Below are positions 49,596 through 58,032 of a stretch of DNA of 64,000 nt, one piece after another; within the stretch, counting starts at the first letter, position 1, and the number at the start of each line of letters is the position of its first letter. The notes under the pieces were generated by a model, which saw nothing but the letters and a program-made list of their open reading frames with translations, made no database searches and was not told the DNA's origin. Position numbers and translations under genes: made by a program. This DNA comes from an uncultured Anaerolineae bacterium (lineage in GTDB: Bacteria > Chloroflexota > Anaerolineae > Aggregatilineales > Phototrophicaceae): NCBI GenBank assembly GCA_937995825.1, contig CALKJO010000016.1, positions 18,370 through 82,369 of the forward strand. Reading direction: 5' to 3'.

Positions 49596-49697
49596 AGTTC
49601 AATGCACCTTGCATTGTATCATATGTCAAAAATCGACATTACTATTTTAGCGAATCCACTACATCGAATTTCATAAAAATTTGTGAATTTTTCCGGC

Positions 49698-49849
49698 TGC
49701 GCCGCTTCTTGACGGACTGAGCGCAGCGAAAGTGCCCGATGTGACGGAGATCACATCCGCATGATCAAACAACACAGCGAACGCACCGCCACCAGCGATA
49801 AACCGGATGCGGTGCGTGCTGGGTTGAAGTCAAAACGTGAAGGGGCGCA
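49698..49849. ncRNA. Candidate structured RNA or composite regulatory element
   Basis: Hand-found long-range and local helices (see findings); not assigned to a known family. Confidence 0.3.
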
Positions 49850-49857
49850 AGCGTGGA

Positions 49858-51735
49858 TCAGCCGTCAGCGTAGAGCGCGGCGGCGCTGCGCAGGCGTCCG
49901 GCGCTGTCGTCCAGTCCACCGGGGCGGCTGCGCTCAAGCCAGAGGGCGCGAAACTCCGCCTCGATCTCAGCCAGTTCCGCTGCCAGCTCCGCTTTGGATA
50001 CAGCCGCCTGACCGAGCTGAAGCAAGCCGCGCTGCGTCCCATGCGCCAGCATCCGCGCCATCAGCGCATATTCCCGCTCGATCAGCGGCGCATCGGGGCG
50101 CTGCATCTGTGCTGAGGCGAGCGGCTGTATCGTCTCATCGATATAGGCGGCGGTCGCTTTGAGGCGGTCGATCAGGGCGGCGTCGCTCTCGATCGTCTGC
50201 CGGCTCGTCTCGTCGAGCCAGCGCTTGCCCGTGGTGCGCAGTTCGGACAGCGGCATCTGATAGAGCCAGAAGAGCAGGCTGCTGTTGGGGATCAGCACGC
50301 CGGTCTCTTTATAGGCGTTGCCCAATGCCAGCGCCAGCTTGCCCATGACGCCGGCGCGGTCGAAGAAGGCGTGCGCATCGAGCGCGGACGCCAGATCGAT
50401 CTCCAGGTTGGCGTCGGCGCACCATGCCGCTGCCGCGCCGTAGGCGAAGCCGGGATAATCGGCGGGCATCTGCTGCCAGTGACCATAGTCGCCCCAAGCA
50501 GTGTTCAGCACGCCGACCGCGCCGTGCTTTTTGCCATTGACGACCGCGCCGCGAATGTTGCCGAGCATGTTCTCCGTGCGCCCAGCGATAGTGACCCAAC
50601 TGGACGTGCCAGGGCAGGTATAGAACGGGACGCCGCTCTGCGCGAAGCGCGCTCCATGCGAGTCGAAGTCCCACCACGACTCATAGCCCCATTCGAGCGC
50701 GATCACGTCGGCGGGCAGTTCGGGGACGAGTTCGGGATGTTCGTTGATGATGTCGCCCCAGAACTGCATGGTTTTGCCGCGCGCCTTGACCAACTGGTAG
50801 ATGCCGAGCAGGAAATCCAGATAGACTCGCCCTTTGCCTTTCGCCTCGACCAGCGCCTTTGATCTGCCCATGCCCAGGTCGAACGTCTCATCGCAGCCGA
50901 CATTGAAGAATGGGCTGGAGAAATTGGGCAGAAATTCATCGAACAGTCTGCCGAGCAGCGGCAGCGCTTCCGGCACGGCGGGCGACAGGCTGAACGGATG
51001 CTCTTGCTTTGTCCCCCAGGGGGTGACAACGCCGGTCTCGGTCTCCGCCAGATGCAGGTATTCGGGATGCTCGAACCAGCGATGCCAATGCCCAAAGCTG
51101 TTCTGATTCGGCACAAAATCGATGTAACGTTCACGGCAGTGAGCGTCCAGTGCCAGCATCTCCTCAGCGGTGAAGGGAGACGCCCTGCGCCAGACGCGCT
51201 CATGCTCGCGGTAGGCGAAGGTATGCTCGATATAGAGCTGAAACTCGTTGATCTTCCAGCTTGCGAGCAGGTCGATTATCCCCATCACCGTGTCCATGTT
51301 GGGGACGCGGTCGCGGCTGACATCGAGCATGACGCCGCGCCGGGGAAAATCGGGATGATCGACGATCACCAGGGTCGGCAGCGTTTTGCCCTGCGTGCGC
51401 AGAAGCTGCGCCAGCGTCACCGCGCCGTAGTACAAGCCCGCCAGATCGCCGCCGACGATCTGAATCCCCTCTGCGCTGACGGTCAGGCTGTAGCCCTGCG
51501 GGCGCGCCGCCGGGTTGATCGCCAGCCGCACCGCGCCCGCCAGATCGCCGCCGGAGATGGCAAACGCCGCGCCTGCGTAAGTCTGGAGCGCGCTTTGCAG
51601 CCGCTTTGCCGTGAACAAGGCATCGCCGGGTCGGGCGAGCGCAAGCTGAAGTGTGCCGAAGTCGGGCAGGGTGTAAGTCCCGCCTGTGCGAGTGAGCGCG
51701 CGCGGACGCGGCAGTAAAACGAGTTCATCGGTCAT
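49858..51735 (-). CDS. GH20 beta-N-acetylhexosaminidase
   Basis: DHPDFPRRGVMLDVSR, FNVGCDET (DE catalytic pair), MQFWGD, VLNTAWGD. Confidence 0.88.
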   Translation of the reverse strand: MTDELVLLPRPRALTRTGGTYTLPDFGTLQLALARPGDALFTAKRLQSALQTYAGAAFAISGGDLAGAVRLAINPAARPQGYSLTVSAEGIQIVGGDLAGLYYGAVTLAQLLRTQGKTLPTLVIVDHPDFPRRGVMLDVSRDRVPNMDTVMGIIDLLASWKINEFQLYIEHTFAYREHERVWRRASPFTAEEMLALDAHCRERYIDFVPNQNSFGHWHRWFEHPEYLHLAETETGVVTPWGTKQEHPFSLSPAVPEALPLLGRLFDEFLPNFSSPFFNVGCDETFDLGMGRSKALVEAKGKGRVYLDFLLGIYQLVKARGKTMQFWGDIINEHPELVPELPADVIALEWGYESWWDFDSHGARFAQSGVPFYTCPGTSSWVTIAGRTENMLGNIRGAVVNGKKHGAVGVLNTAWGDYGHWQQMPADYPGFAYGAAAAWCADANLEIDLASALDAHAFFDRAGVMGKLALALGNAYKETGVLIPNSSLLFWLYQMPLSELRTTGKRWLDETSRQTIESDAALIDRLKATAAYIDETIQPLASAQMQRPDAPLIEREYALMARMLAHGTQRGLLQLGQAAVSKAELAAELAEIEAEFRALWLERSRPGGLDDSAGRLRSAAALYADG

Positions 51736-52135
51736 GGGAGTCCTCTTTTTCGTAAAGCGAGAGAAGCCGCTGCGCCTCGGCATTCAGTGGATTGAGCGCA
51801 ACGATATTCTGTAAGCATACCTTACGATCCGCGTTGGTTTCCAGCACGCGCAGCAGCGCGATCCAGACGCGCTCATCGTAGGGGGCAAGCGCCGCCGCCG
51901 CGCGCCAGGCATTGTGAGCGCGCCGGTGATCGCCGCGCTGGAAAGCGCGTTCGCCTTTGTTCAGCAGCGTTTCAACGCCCGCCGAGTCCACCGGGATGCG
52001 CGGGCGCGCCAGATCGTCCGCCATCAGCCGCGCCAGCCCCGACCAGCGGATCGACAGCACCCGCCGCGCTAGGATCGCGATCAGGGAAGCGCGCCCGCGC
52101 AGCGGTTCAGTCAATTTTTTGCGCGCTTCCCTCAT
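51725..52135 (-). CDS. Hypothetical TPR-like protein
   Basis: Helical repeat LLNKGERAF..GD..RAH..W..A..LAP.DERVW...ALNPLNAEA; start uncertain. Confidence 0.6.
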   Translation of the reverse strand: MREARKKLTEPLRGRASLIAILARRVLSIRWSGLARLMADDLARPRIPVDSAGVETLLNKGERAFQRGDHRRAHNAWRAAAALAPYDERVWIALLRVLETNADRKVCLQNIVALNPLNAEAQRLLSLYEKEDSHDR

Positions 52136-52144
52136 CTTCCGTCC

Positions 52145-53491
52145 TTACGACTGCAAAACCGCCTTTGCCGTGTCCGCCAGCGCGCCATCGATGATCGCCA
52201 CCAGCGCGTCGATCTCGGCGCGGGGCATATTCAGCGGCGGCGCGATCAGCATGACGTTCCCGGGATGGATCGACAGCAGGATCAGCCCCCGTTCGCGGCA
52301 CGCCAGCCGGAAGATCAGCCCGATTTTGCCCGGCGGAGTCGTCGTCTCGCCGGTCGCCTTGTCGATCACCAATTCCAGCCCGACCAGCATCCCTTTGCCG
52401 CGCACGCCGCCGAAGCAGGCATGATGCGAAAGCTCCTGAAGTCGTTCCAGCAGATATGCGCCCGACTCCGCCGCCTGCGCCGCCAGCCCTTCGCTCTCGA
52501 TCAGGCGGATATTCTCCAGCGCGATCGCACATCCGACCGGATGCCCGCTGTAAGTGTGACCGTGCCGGAAGGTATGTTCGGGTCCGCCAGTGAAGGCATC
52601 GGCGATCGCGCCTCGCACGACCGCCGCGCCAATCGGGAAGTAGCCGCTCGAAAGCCCTTTGGAGAGCGTCATGATGTCCGGCACGACGCCGTAATGATCA
52701 CAGGCGAACATCTTGCCCGTGCGCCCGAAGCCGGTGATGATCTCATCGGCGATCAGGATGATGCCATAATCATCGCACATCTGGCGCAGCGCGGGCAAGA
52801 AGTCATCGCCCGGAATGGCGACGCGGATCGCCGTGTTCATCGGATCAAGATGGATGGCGGACACCGTGCGCGGGTTTTCGCGCTCGATCAGCGCGGCGAT
52901 CTCGCGCACATGCTCGACTCCACAGCCGACTTCCGGCGCAGGCGCGATCCGTCCGAACGTGTCGGGCTGAAAGATGTAGTTGCGCGTCGCGTGATAGTTG
53001 CCATCGACCGCCATCGCGCCGAACGTCGTCCCATGATATGCGCCGTGTCGGGTGATCACCTTCACCCTGTCCACTTCACCGCGCATGTAGTGATACTGGC
53101 GGGCGATCTTGATGGCGACTTCGACCGCCTCACCGCCGCCGGGGGTGAAAAATGTCCGCGACAAGTCGCCCGGCGTAATCTCGGCGAGCTTGGCGGCAAG
53201 CTCGATCTGCGACGGCGTGACATAGCGGAACAGGTCGATGAACGCTACCTGCCGATACTGCCGGATCGCTGCATCGAGCAGCGCTTCGCGTCCATGTCCC
53301 GCGACCATCGCCTCCAATGCTGACACCCCATCGAGATAGGCTTTGCCGTCGGTGTCGTATAGATAGCTGCCGTCCGCGCGGCAGATGATGCGAGGTCCGT
53401 CGTCCGCGATCAAGTCGGCAAGCTGAGTGAACGGCATCCACAAGTGCTGGCGTGCGAGCTGTTGCAAACGGATTGTATCTGGATGTTTCAT
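52145..53491 (-). CDS. Class III (omega-amine) PLP aminotransferase
   Basis: FFTPGGGEAVE, AYHG, DEIITGFGRTG, PDIMTLSKG (PLP Lys), HGHTYSGHP. Confidence 0.92.
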   Translation of the reverse strand: MKHPDTIRLQQLARQHLWMPFTQLADLIADDGPRIICRADGSYLYDTDGKAYLDGVSALEAMVAGHGREALLDAAIRQYRQVAFIDLFRYVTPSQIELAAKLAEITPGDLSRTFFTPGGGEAVEVAIKIARQYHYMRGEVDRVKVITRHGAYHGTTFGAMAVDGNYHATRNYIFQPDTFGRIAPAPEVGCGVEHVREIAALIERENPRTVSAIHLDPMNTAIRVAIPGDDFLPALRQMCDDYGIILIADEIITGFGRTGKMFACDHYGVVPDIMTLSKGLSSGYFPIGAAVVRGAIADAFTGGPEHTFRHGHTYSGHPVGCAIALENIRLIESEGLAAQAAESGAYLLERLQELSHHACFGGVRGKGMLVGLELVIDKATGETTTPPGKIGLIFRLACRERGLILLSIHPGNVMLIAPPLNMPRAEIDALVAIIDGALADTAKAVLQS

Positions 53492-53516
53492 CAAAAAAGC
53501 TCCTGTTGAGGTGATT

Positions 53517-53531
53517 TTTATAAATTATAAA
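53517..53531. promoter_or_regulatory. 7-1-7 palindromic operator candidate in the divergent promoter
   Basis: TTTATAA-A-TTATAAA, a perfect inverted repeat in an AT-rich patch just upstream of the aminotransferase start. Confidence 0.45.
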
Positions 53532-53670
53532 TTTGATCGGCGAATCCCCCAAATATTGCCTGGAAATTAATCATCTCCCCCAAAAATCAGGGCTATTCTC
53601 AGGGATGGGGGTGGGGTAGACTTGCCCCCGCTGTCAGGATTTTGAGGCTGATGAGGCTGTAAATGACGTT

Positions 53671-54792
53671 ATGCGCAAACAGTGGACGAATGAACCGTTC
53701 AACATAGCAGCCGCGCGGGCAGAGACGCTCGACGCAAGCTGGTATCTCGATCCGCAGGTGTACGAGCTCGAGCTGGAGCGGATTTTTGCGCGGACATGGC
53801 AGGCGGTGGCGCGTGTCGATGAAGTCGCCAAGCCAGGCGACTACGTGGCGACCGACGCGGCAGGTGAGCCGATTGTCGTCGCGCGCGACGGCTCCGGTCG
53901 GCTGCGCGCCTATTACAACGTCTGCCCGCATCGGGCGGGCGCACTGGCGCGTGGACGCGGCAGTCGCAAGAGCCTGCAATGCTTGTATCACGGCTGGACA
54001 TTCGGGCTGGACGGTCAGCTTTTGCGCGCGCCCGGCATGGATGGCACAGAGGGCTTCGAGCCGGCGTGCTTCAGGCTGCATGAAATCCGTCTGGAGACCT
54101 GGGGTCCCTACGTATTCGTCAACCTCGACGACGACGCGCCGAGCTTGGCTGCGCAGTGGGGCGATGAGTTCGTTCGACAAACCGGAGTCACGCTGGCGGG
54201 CTGGCGGCTGGTCGAGCGCAGCGAATACCTGATCCACTGCAACTGGAAAGTCTATATGGACAACTACGCGGAGGGCTATCATGTCCCGTTCGCGCATCCG
54301 GGCTTGAACCGCGAGATGAGCCTGGACGATCTGTACGTCGATGTCCACCCGTATTTCAGCACGCAGCGCGCCGTCGTCCGACCAAGCAGTCAGGGCAACC
54401 CGAATAAGCGCCGCTACCGCAATCCGCAGCCGGGCGAGCAGATTCGCTATCACGTCATCTTCCCGAATTTCATGATCGACGACTACCCCGATAATCTCTC
54501 AGTGAACATCCTCAAGCCGGTGAGCGTCGATCAATGCCTGCTGACGTTTGAATGGTATTTCAAGACCGATCACGATCAGCAGACGATTGAGAGCATGGTC
54601 AAATTTGCAGATGAAGTGCAGTATGAGGACATCGAAATCTGCGAATACGTCCAGCAGAATTTGAAATCGCGCTCGTATCAGCGTGGGCGCTTCTCGGCGC
54701 GCTATGAGCCGGGCGTCCATCACTTTCAGGCGCTCGTCCATGCCTATGTCAACGAACTGCCCAATCCTTTTCTCACTGTCGAACACCCATGA
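53671..54792 (+). CDS. Rieske non-heme iron oxygenase alpha subunit (choline monooxygenase-like)
   Basis: CPHR...CLYHGW Rieske ligands; NWK..DN..EGYH...HP and EDIEICE facial triad. Confidence 0.9.
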   Translation: MRKQWTNEPFNIAAARAETLDASWYLDPQVYELELERIFARTWQAVARVDEVAKPGDYVATDAAGEPIVVARDGSGRLRAYYNVCPHRAGALARGRGSRKSLQCLYHGWTFGLDGQLLRAPGMDGTEGFEPACFRLHEIRLETWGPYVFVNLDDDAPSLAAQWGDEFVRQTGVTLAGWRLVERSEYLIHCNWKVYMDNYAEGYHVPFAHPGLNREMSLDDLYVDVHPYFSTQRAVVRPSSQGNPNKRRYRNPQPGEQIRYHVIFPNFMIDDYPDNLSVNILKPVSVDQCLLTFEWYFKTDHDQQTIESMVKFADEVQYEDIEICEYVQQNLKSRSYQRGRFSARYEPGVHHFQALVHAYVNELPNPFLTVEHP

Positions 54793-55457
54793 CCGACTTG
54801 GACATCCTGACCCACCTGGGGGAGATCGCGGCGCGACCGCGCCCCCAGATGGGGACTCCGCCGCTGGAGGCGGCGCTGAGGCTCAACAACGGCAGCCCGC
54901 TGATGGTCTTTCCGCTCGATGAAGTCGGGGATGCGCTCGATCTGCCGGGGATCGTGCCGGTCAGCGATCCCGACTTCGCCAACGTCACGCTGATCGTCCA
55001 CGGCGATGATCCGGCGGCGACAACGGCGAAAGTTGAGACGGCATTTGAGTTTGGGCAGCGCGCCGCGATCTGGGACGCGGCGGGCGATCTGGGTCTGATC
55101 GAAGGACTGCTCGCCAGCACCGTTTACATCGGCAACCTCGCCGCCATCGATACCGACTTGGCGCGCGGGCTGTCGGTAGTGCTGACTCCGCTGCGGAATG
55201 GCGCAGCCTTCCGGCGCTGCATAGCCGCCAGCATCCTGACGCAGTGGGTGTGGGAAAAGTCGGTGCGCGCGGAGGTTGAGCGGCTGTATGGGACGCAGAT
55301 CGCAGATAAGAACATGCCGCGCGCGCTCATGCAGACGCGGGCGCGCCTGGGCGCATGGCTGGAGCGGCTGCGGCGACGCGGGCTGCGCTGCGCGCTGGAG
55401 TCGGTGCGCTTTGACAGCGGACGGACGGACTCGCTGCGGCTGAAGCTGGTGGGTTAA
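54789..55457 (+). CDS. Hypothetical protein coupled to the Rieske oxygenase
   Basis: ATGA overlap with the upstream stop; weak remembered resemblance to the DUF4127 C-terminal region (W...VR.E), unverified. Confidence 0.55.
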   Translation: MTDLDILTHLGEIAARPRPQMGTPPLEAALRLNNGSPLMVFPLDEVGDALDLPGIVPVSDPDFANVTLIVHGDDPAATTAKVETAFEFGQRAAIWDAAGDLGLIEGLLASTVYIGNLAAIDTDLARGLSVVLTPLRNGAAFRRCIAASILTQWVWEKSVRAEVERLYGTQIADKNMPRALMQTRARLGAWLERLRRRGLRCALESVRFDSGRTDSLRLKLVG

Positions 55458-56140
55458 AGCTCGAAGTGATCCGGCGCGCAGACGCGCAGCACACCCGCCA
55501 GCTCATGCCCGATCACCTGCACTTCGGATGCGCCGTCGATGCGAAGCTGGATCGGTCCGTTGAACGGGGCGCGGGCGATCAGGGTGAAGTTCGTGCCGGG
55601 TTTCAAGCCGAGTTCGCCCAAATAGGCGAGCTTGTCCGCATCGTGGGTGTGGACACGGCTGACGGTCAGCGGAGTATTGATTTCGGCGTCGGTGAGCGGA
55701 TAATCGATCACGCGCGGCATCATACCGGCGCGCGACGGGATCGGCTCGCCATGCGGACAGCGGCGCGGAAAGCCCGCCATCTTCTCCATCCGGGCGACGA
55801 TCTCATCGGAGACGGTTTCGCCGAGCGCGTTGGCTTCGTCATGGACTTCATGCCAGCCGAAGCCCATCACGTTGACCAGAAAGCATTCGACCAGCCGATG
55901 TCGGCGGATGTTCGCCAGCGCCTCACGCTCGCCCAGCGGCGTGAGCCGGATGCCGCGGTACGGCTCGTGATCGAGGTAGCCCGCCTCCTTCAGGCGCTGC
56001 ACCATGCGCGTCACCGCCGGCGCCGAGACGCCCAGCGTCTCGGCAAGCGCGGACGTGGAGATATAGGGGGTGTCGCGTTGATAGTAGGCGATGCGATACG
56101 CCTCAGCGAGATATTCCTGCATTGCGGCGCTGGCGCTCAT
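55454..56140 (-). CDS. DtxR/MntR-family metal-dependent repressor with FeoA-like domain
   Basis: EYL..Y, LGVSAPAVT.MV.RL..GY, RRHRLVE.FL, CPHGEPIP, C-terminal LGELGLKPG..APFNGP. Confidence 0.9.
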   Translation of the reverse strand: MSASAAMQEYLAEAYRIAYYQRDTPYISTSALAETLGVSAPAVTRMVQRLKEAGYLDHEPYRGIRLTPLGEREALANIRRHRLVECFLVNVMGFGWHEVHDEANALGETVSDEIVARMEKMAGFPRRCPHGEPIPSRAGMMPRVIDYPLTDAEINTPLTVSRVHTHDADKLAYLGELGLKPGTNFTLIARAPFNGPIQLRIDGASEVQVIGHELAGVLRVCAPDHFEL

Positions 56141-56228
56141 GCGCGTCACACCTCATCCTGTGAATTATGCTGATTTCTATGAACAATATAACAGGGGGTT
56201 GAAAAGTTCGCAAGCATTAAATTTCAAG

Positions 56229-56247
56229 TTAAGTTAGGGTAAGAAAG
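56229..56247. promoter_or_regulatory. DtxR/IdeR-like box candidate
   Basis: TTAAGTTAGGGTAAGAAAG matches TTAGGTTAGGCTAACCTAA at 13 of 19 positions by hand count and overlaps a putative -10 (TAAGTT) of the divergent small gene. Confidence 0.4.
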
Positions 56248-56296
56248 AGCGGCGCAGTTGGCGGCGTCGGGATATTGAATACAGAGGGCATACGAG

Positions 56297-56533
56297 ATGA
56301 AGCCTGCAACCTCATGGATGTGGCGCGACGAGGACGGCGGCGTGCAGGGCGCTGACCTCAATCTGGAGCATGGCGTCGTGCGCTGGTATGAGTCGATAGC
56401 GTGCGCCTGCGAGGACAACAAGCTGGAGCAGACCTTCGAGGATTATCTGCGACGCGGCGCGCACTACGCCGATCCGCCGCCGGAGATCGAGGCGGAAATT
56501 CGCGCCTCGGTGCTGGCGCTGACCGCCGTCTAG
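56297..56533 (+). CDS. Small hypothetical protein with a CxC motif
   Basis: 78 aa, GAGGG SD, WYESIACACED. Confidence 0.65.
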   Translation: MKPATSWMWRDEDGGVQGADLNLEHGVVRWYESIACACEDNKLEQTFEDYLRRGAHYADPPPEIEAEIRASVLALTAV

Positions 56534-56566
56534 GAAGATTAAACTGCCGGCTTGCAGCGCCTTTGT

Positions 56567-57208
56567 TCAGCAGTATTCCCGTCCTCCAGCGCTGAATGAC
56601 TGAATCAGGTCGGTGATGTAGACGCTGTATGGGTTATAGGTGAAGCGTCCATCGCTGGTCTGGCGCAGCCAGATGTAGACTGTGCTTGTCCACAAGCGCG
56701 GCAGCCGGATCGGGCAGCCGACATACGCAATCGCCGACAAGCCGTAGGCGGGATAGGCGGCGGTATCGATCACTTCGACCCCACCGTTGATGCCGAACAG
56801 ATAATCGACCGTCCCACCTGCCGGAGTCCCCAGACCGAGCCACAGATCGCCCATCCGCAGCGGCGTGTTCAGGAAGATCTCGCGGACGCGCCCCTGATCG
56901 AGGATGAACAGCCCGCCGATCTCGTCCCTTGATCCGCGCCAGCGCCAGTTGACGTAGCTTGTGCCGCTGTCCAGCGAGGCGCTGGTCAGCGTGACCGCCA
57001 CATCGCGCACATCCGCCATCGCATACAGCCGCGCCAGCGCGGTCTCGCCGCGCGTGACTCCGGGCTGGATGCCGCGCCAGCAGGGCAGCGCGCAGCCGTC
57101 CGCCAGCCAAACAGTTGGCGGCGCGTAATCGCGGGCGCGCACCGCCGTCAGCAGCAGCGCCGTCAGCAGCGTCATCACTACAGCAGTTACGATAGCGATC
57201 CTGAACAT
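56567..57208 (-). CDS. Hypothetical exported protein
   Basis: N-terminal TM or signal segment, then GCALPCWRGIQPGVT. Confidence 0.7.
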   Translation of the reverse strand: MFRIAIVTAVVMTLLTALLLTAVRARDYAPPTVWLADGCALPCWRGIQPGVTRGETALARLYAMADVRDVAVTLTSASLDSGTSYVNWRWRGSRDEIGGLFILDQGRVREIFLNTPLRMGDLWLGLGTPAGGTVDYLFGINGGVEVIDTAAYPAYGLSAIAYVGCPIRLPRLWTSTVYIWLRQTSDGRFTYNPYSVYITDLIQSFSAGGREYC

Positions 57209-57252
57209 GATCGCGATTGTATCGAAAAATCGGTTTTAAGACGCGGCTGAAA

Positions 57253-58032
57253 TTACATCCGAATGCCGCGATTGGAGAAGCTGGCGCTGTTGGTGTAGAA
57301 GCTCTGAAAGTTGTTGTTGCTCGTCCAGACGGCAAATTCGTAAATCCGGTAGAGCGCGCCGATCCGACTGATCAGTTCGGAGGCGATCTGGTCAGTGTTT
57401 AAGATCGGATCGCTGGGACCGAACCAGGCGCCGACACGCAGCCAGTCGGAGCCATCGCCAAAAGTGCTGAGCCATTCGTTGAGGATCGTCCCGCGTGAAA
57501 GCTGGCGCGCAGTCAGATGCATGTCGCTGAGGTGCAGTCCGTTCCAGAAGCCGAAGCGGAAATCGCCGGGCATCCGCTGGATGATGCTGCGCAGCGTCTC
57601 ACTGTGGCGCGGGATGCTGAGCTTGCCGATCAGGTTGCGCTGATCCCACCAGGCGGCGGGGCTGATCAGCAGCTCGACGGTGAGATGCTCATGCGTCAGG
57701 CGGACTTCGATCATCGGATGGCGGCGGATGTCCGCGCCGCCGCGCAGCCTTATCTCGCGCCCCATCATGCGCTCGACCAGGGCTGCCTGTTCGCGCGAGC
57801 GCAGATAGTCGAGGGCGAGCGCGGCGGTGAGCAGACCTGTATCACCGATGCGCGCCGCTGATCGATAGGCGAGCGGCTGCGGCTGCGCCCAGTTGGGATG
57901 TAAATCCCAGTTGAGTTCGCGCATTCGGCGGCGCAGCGTGCTGTGCAGGGCGAGCATCTTGTCCTGCGCAACGGTCGGCGTGGGCAGTAAAAGCGACGCG
58001 AAATCTTCCTGAGTGAAATAACGCGCAGTCAT
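57253..58032 (-). CDS. Hypothetical protein, possibly YktB/DUF1054-like
   Basis: N-terminal FTQEDF resembles YktB FTEEDF; remaining similarity is weak. Confidence 0.55.
   Translation of the reverse strand: MTARYFTQEDFASLLLPTPTVAQDKMLALHSTLRRRMRELNWDLHPNWAQPQPLAYRSAARIGDTGLLTAALALDYLRSREQAALVERMMGREIRLRGGADIRRHPMIEVRLTHEHLTVELLISPAAWWDQRNLIGKLSIPRHSETLRSIIQRMPGDFRFGFWNGLHLSDMHLTARQLSRGTILNEWLSTFGDGSDWLRVGAWFGPSDPILNTDQIASELISRIGALYRIYEFAVWTSNNNFQSFYTNSASFSNRGIRM

Noticed and set aside
49761-50162. Plus-strand ORF MIKQHSE..., resembling the start of the nearby orphan (MEQHSE...)
   Set aside because: The DNA is not similar, and most of the ORF is antisense to GH20 with Arg/Ala-rich shadow composition; likely coincidence.
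53640-53680. CTGATGAG resembling a hammerhead ribozyme core
   Set aside because: There is no properly placed GAAA or stem II; the following sequence reads GCAAAC inside the Rieske start.
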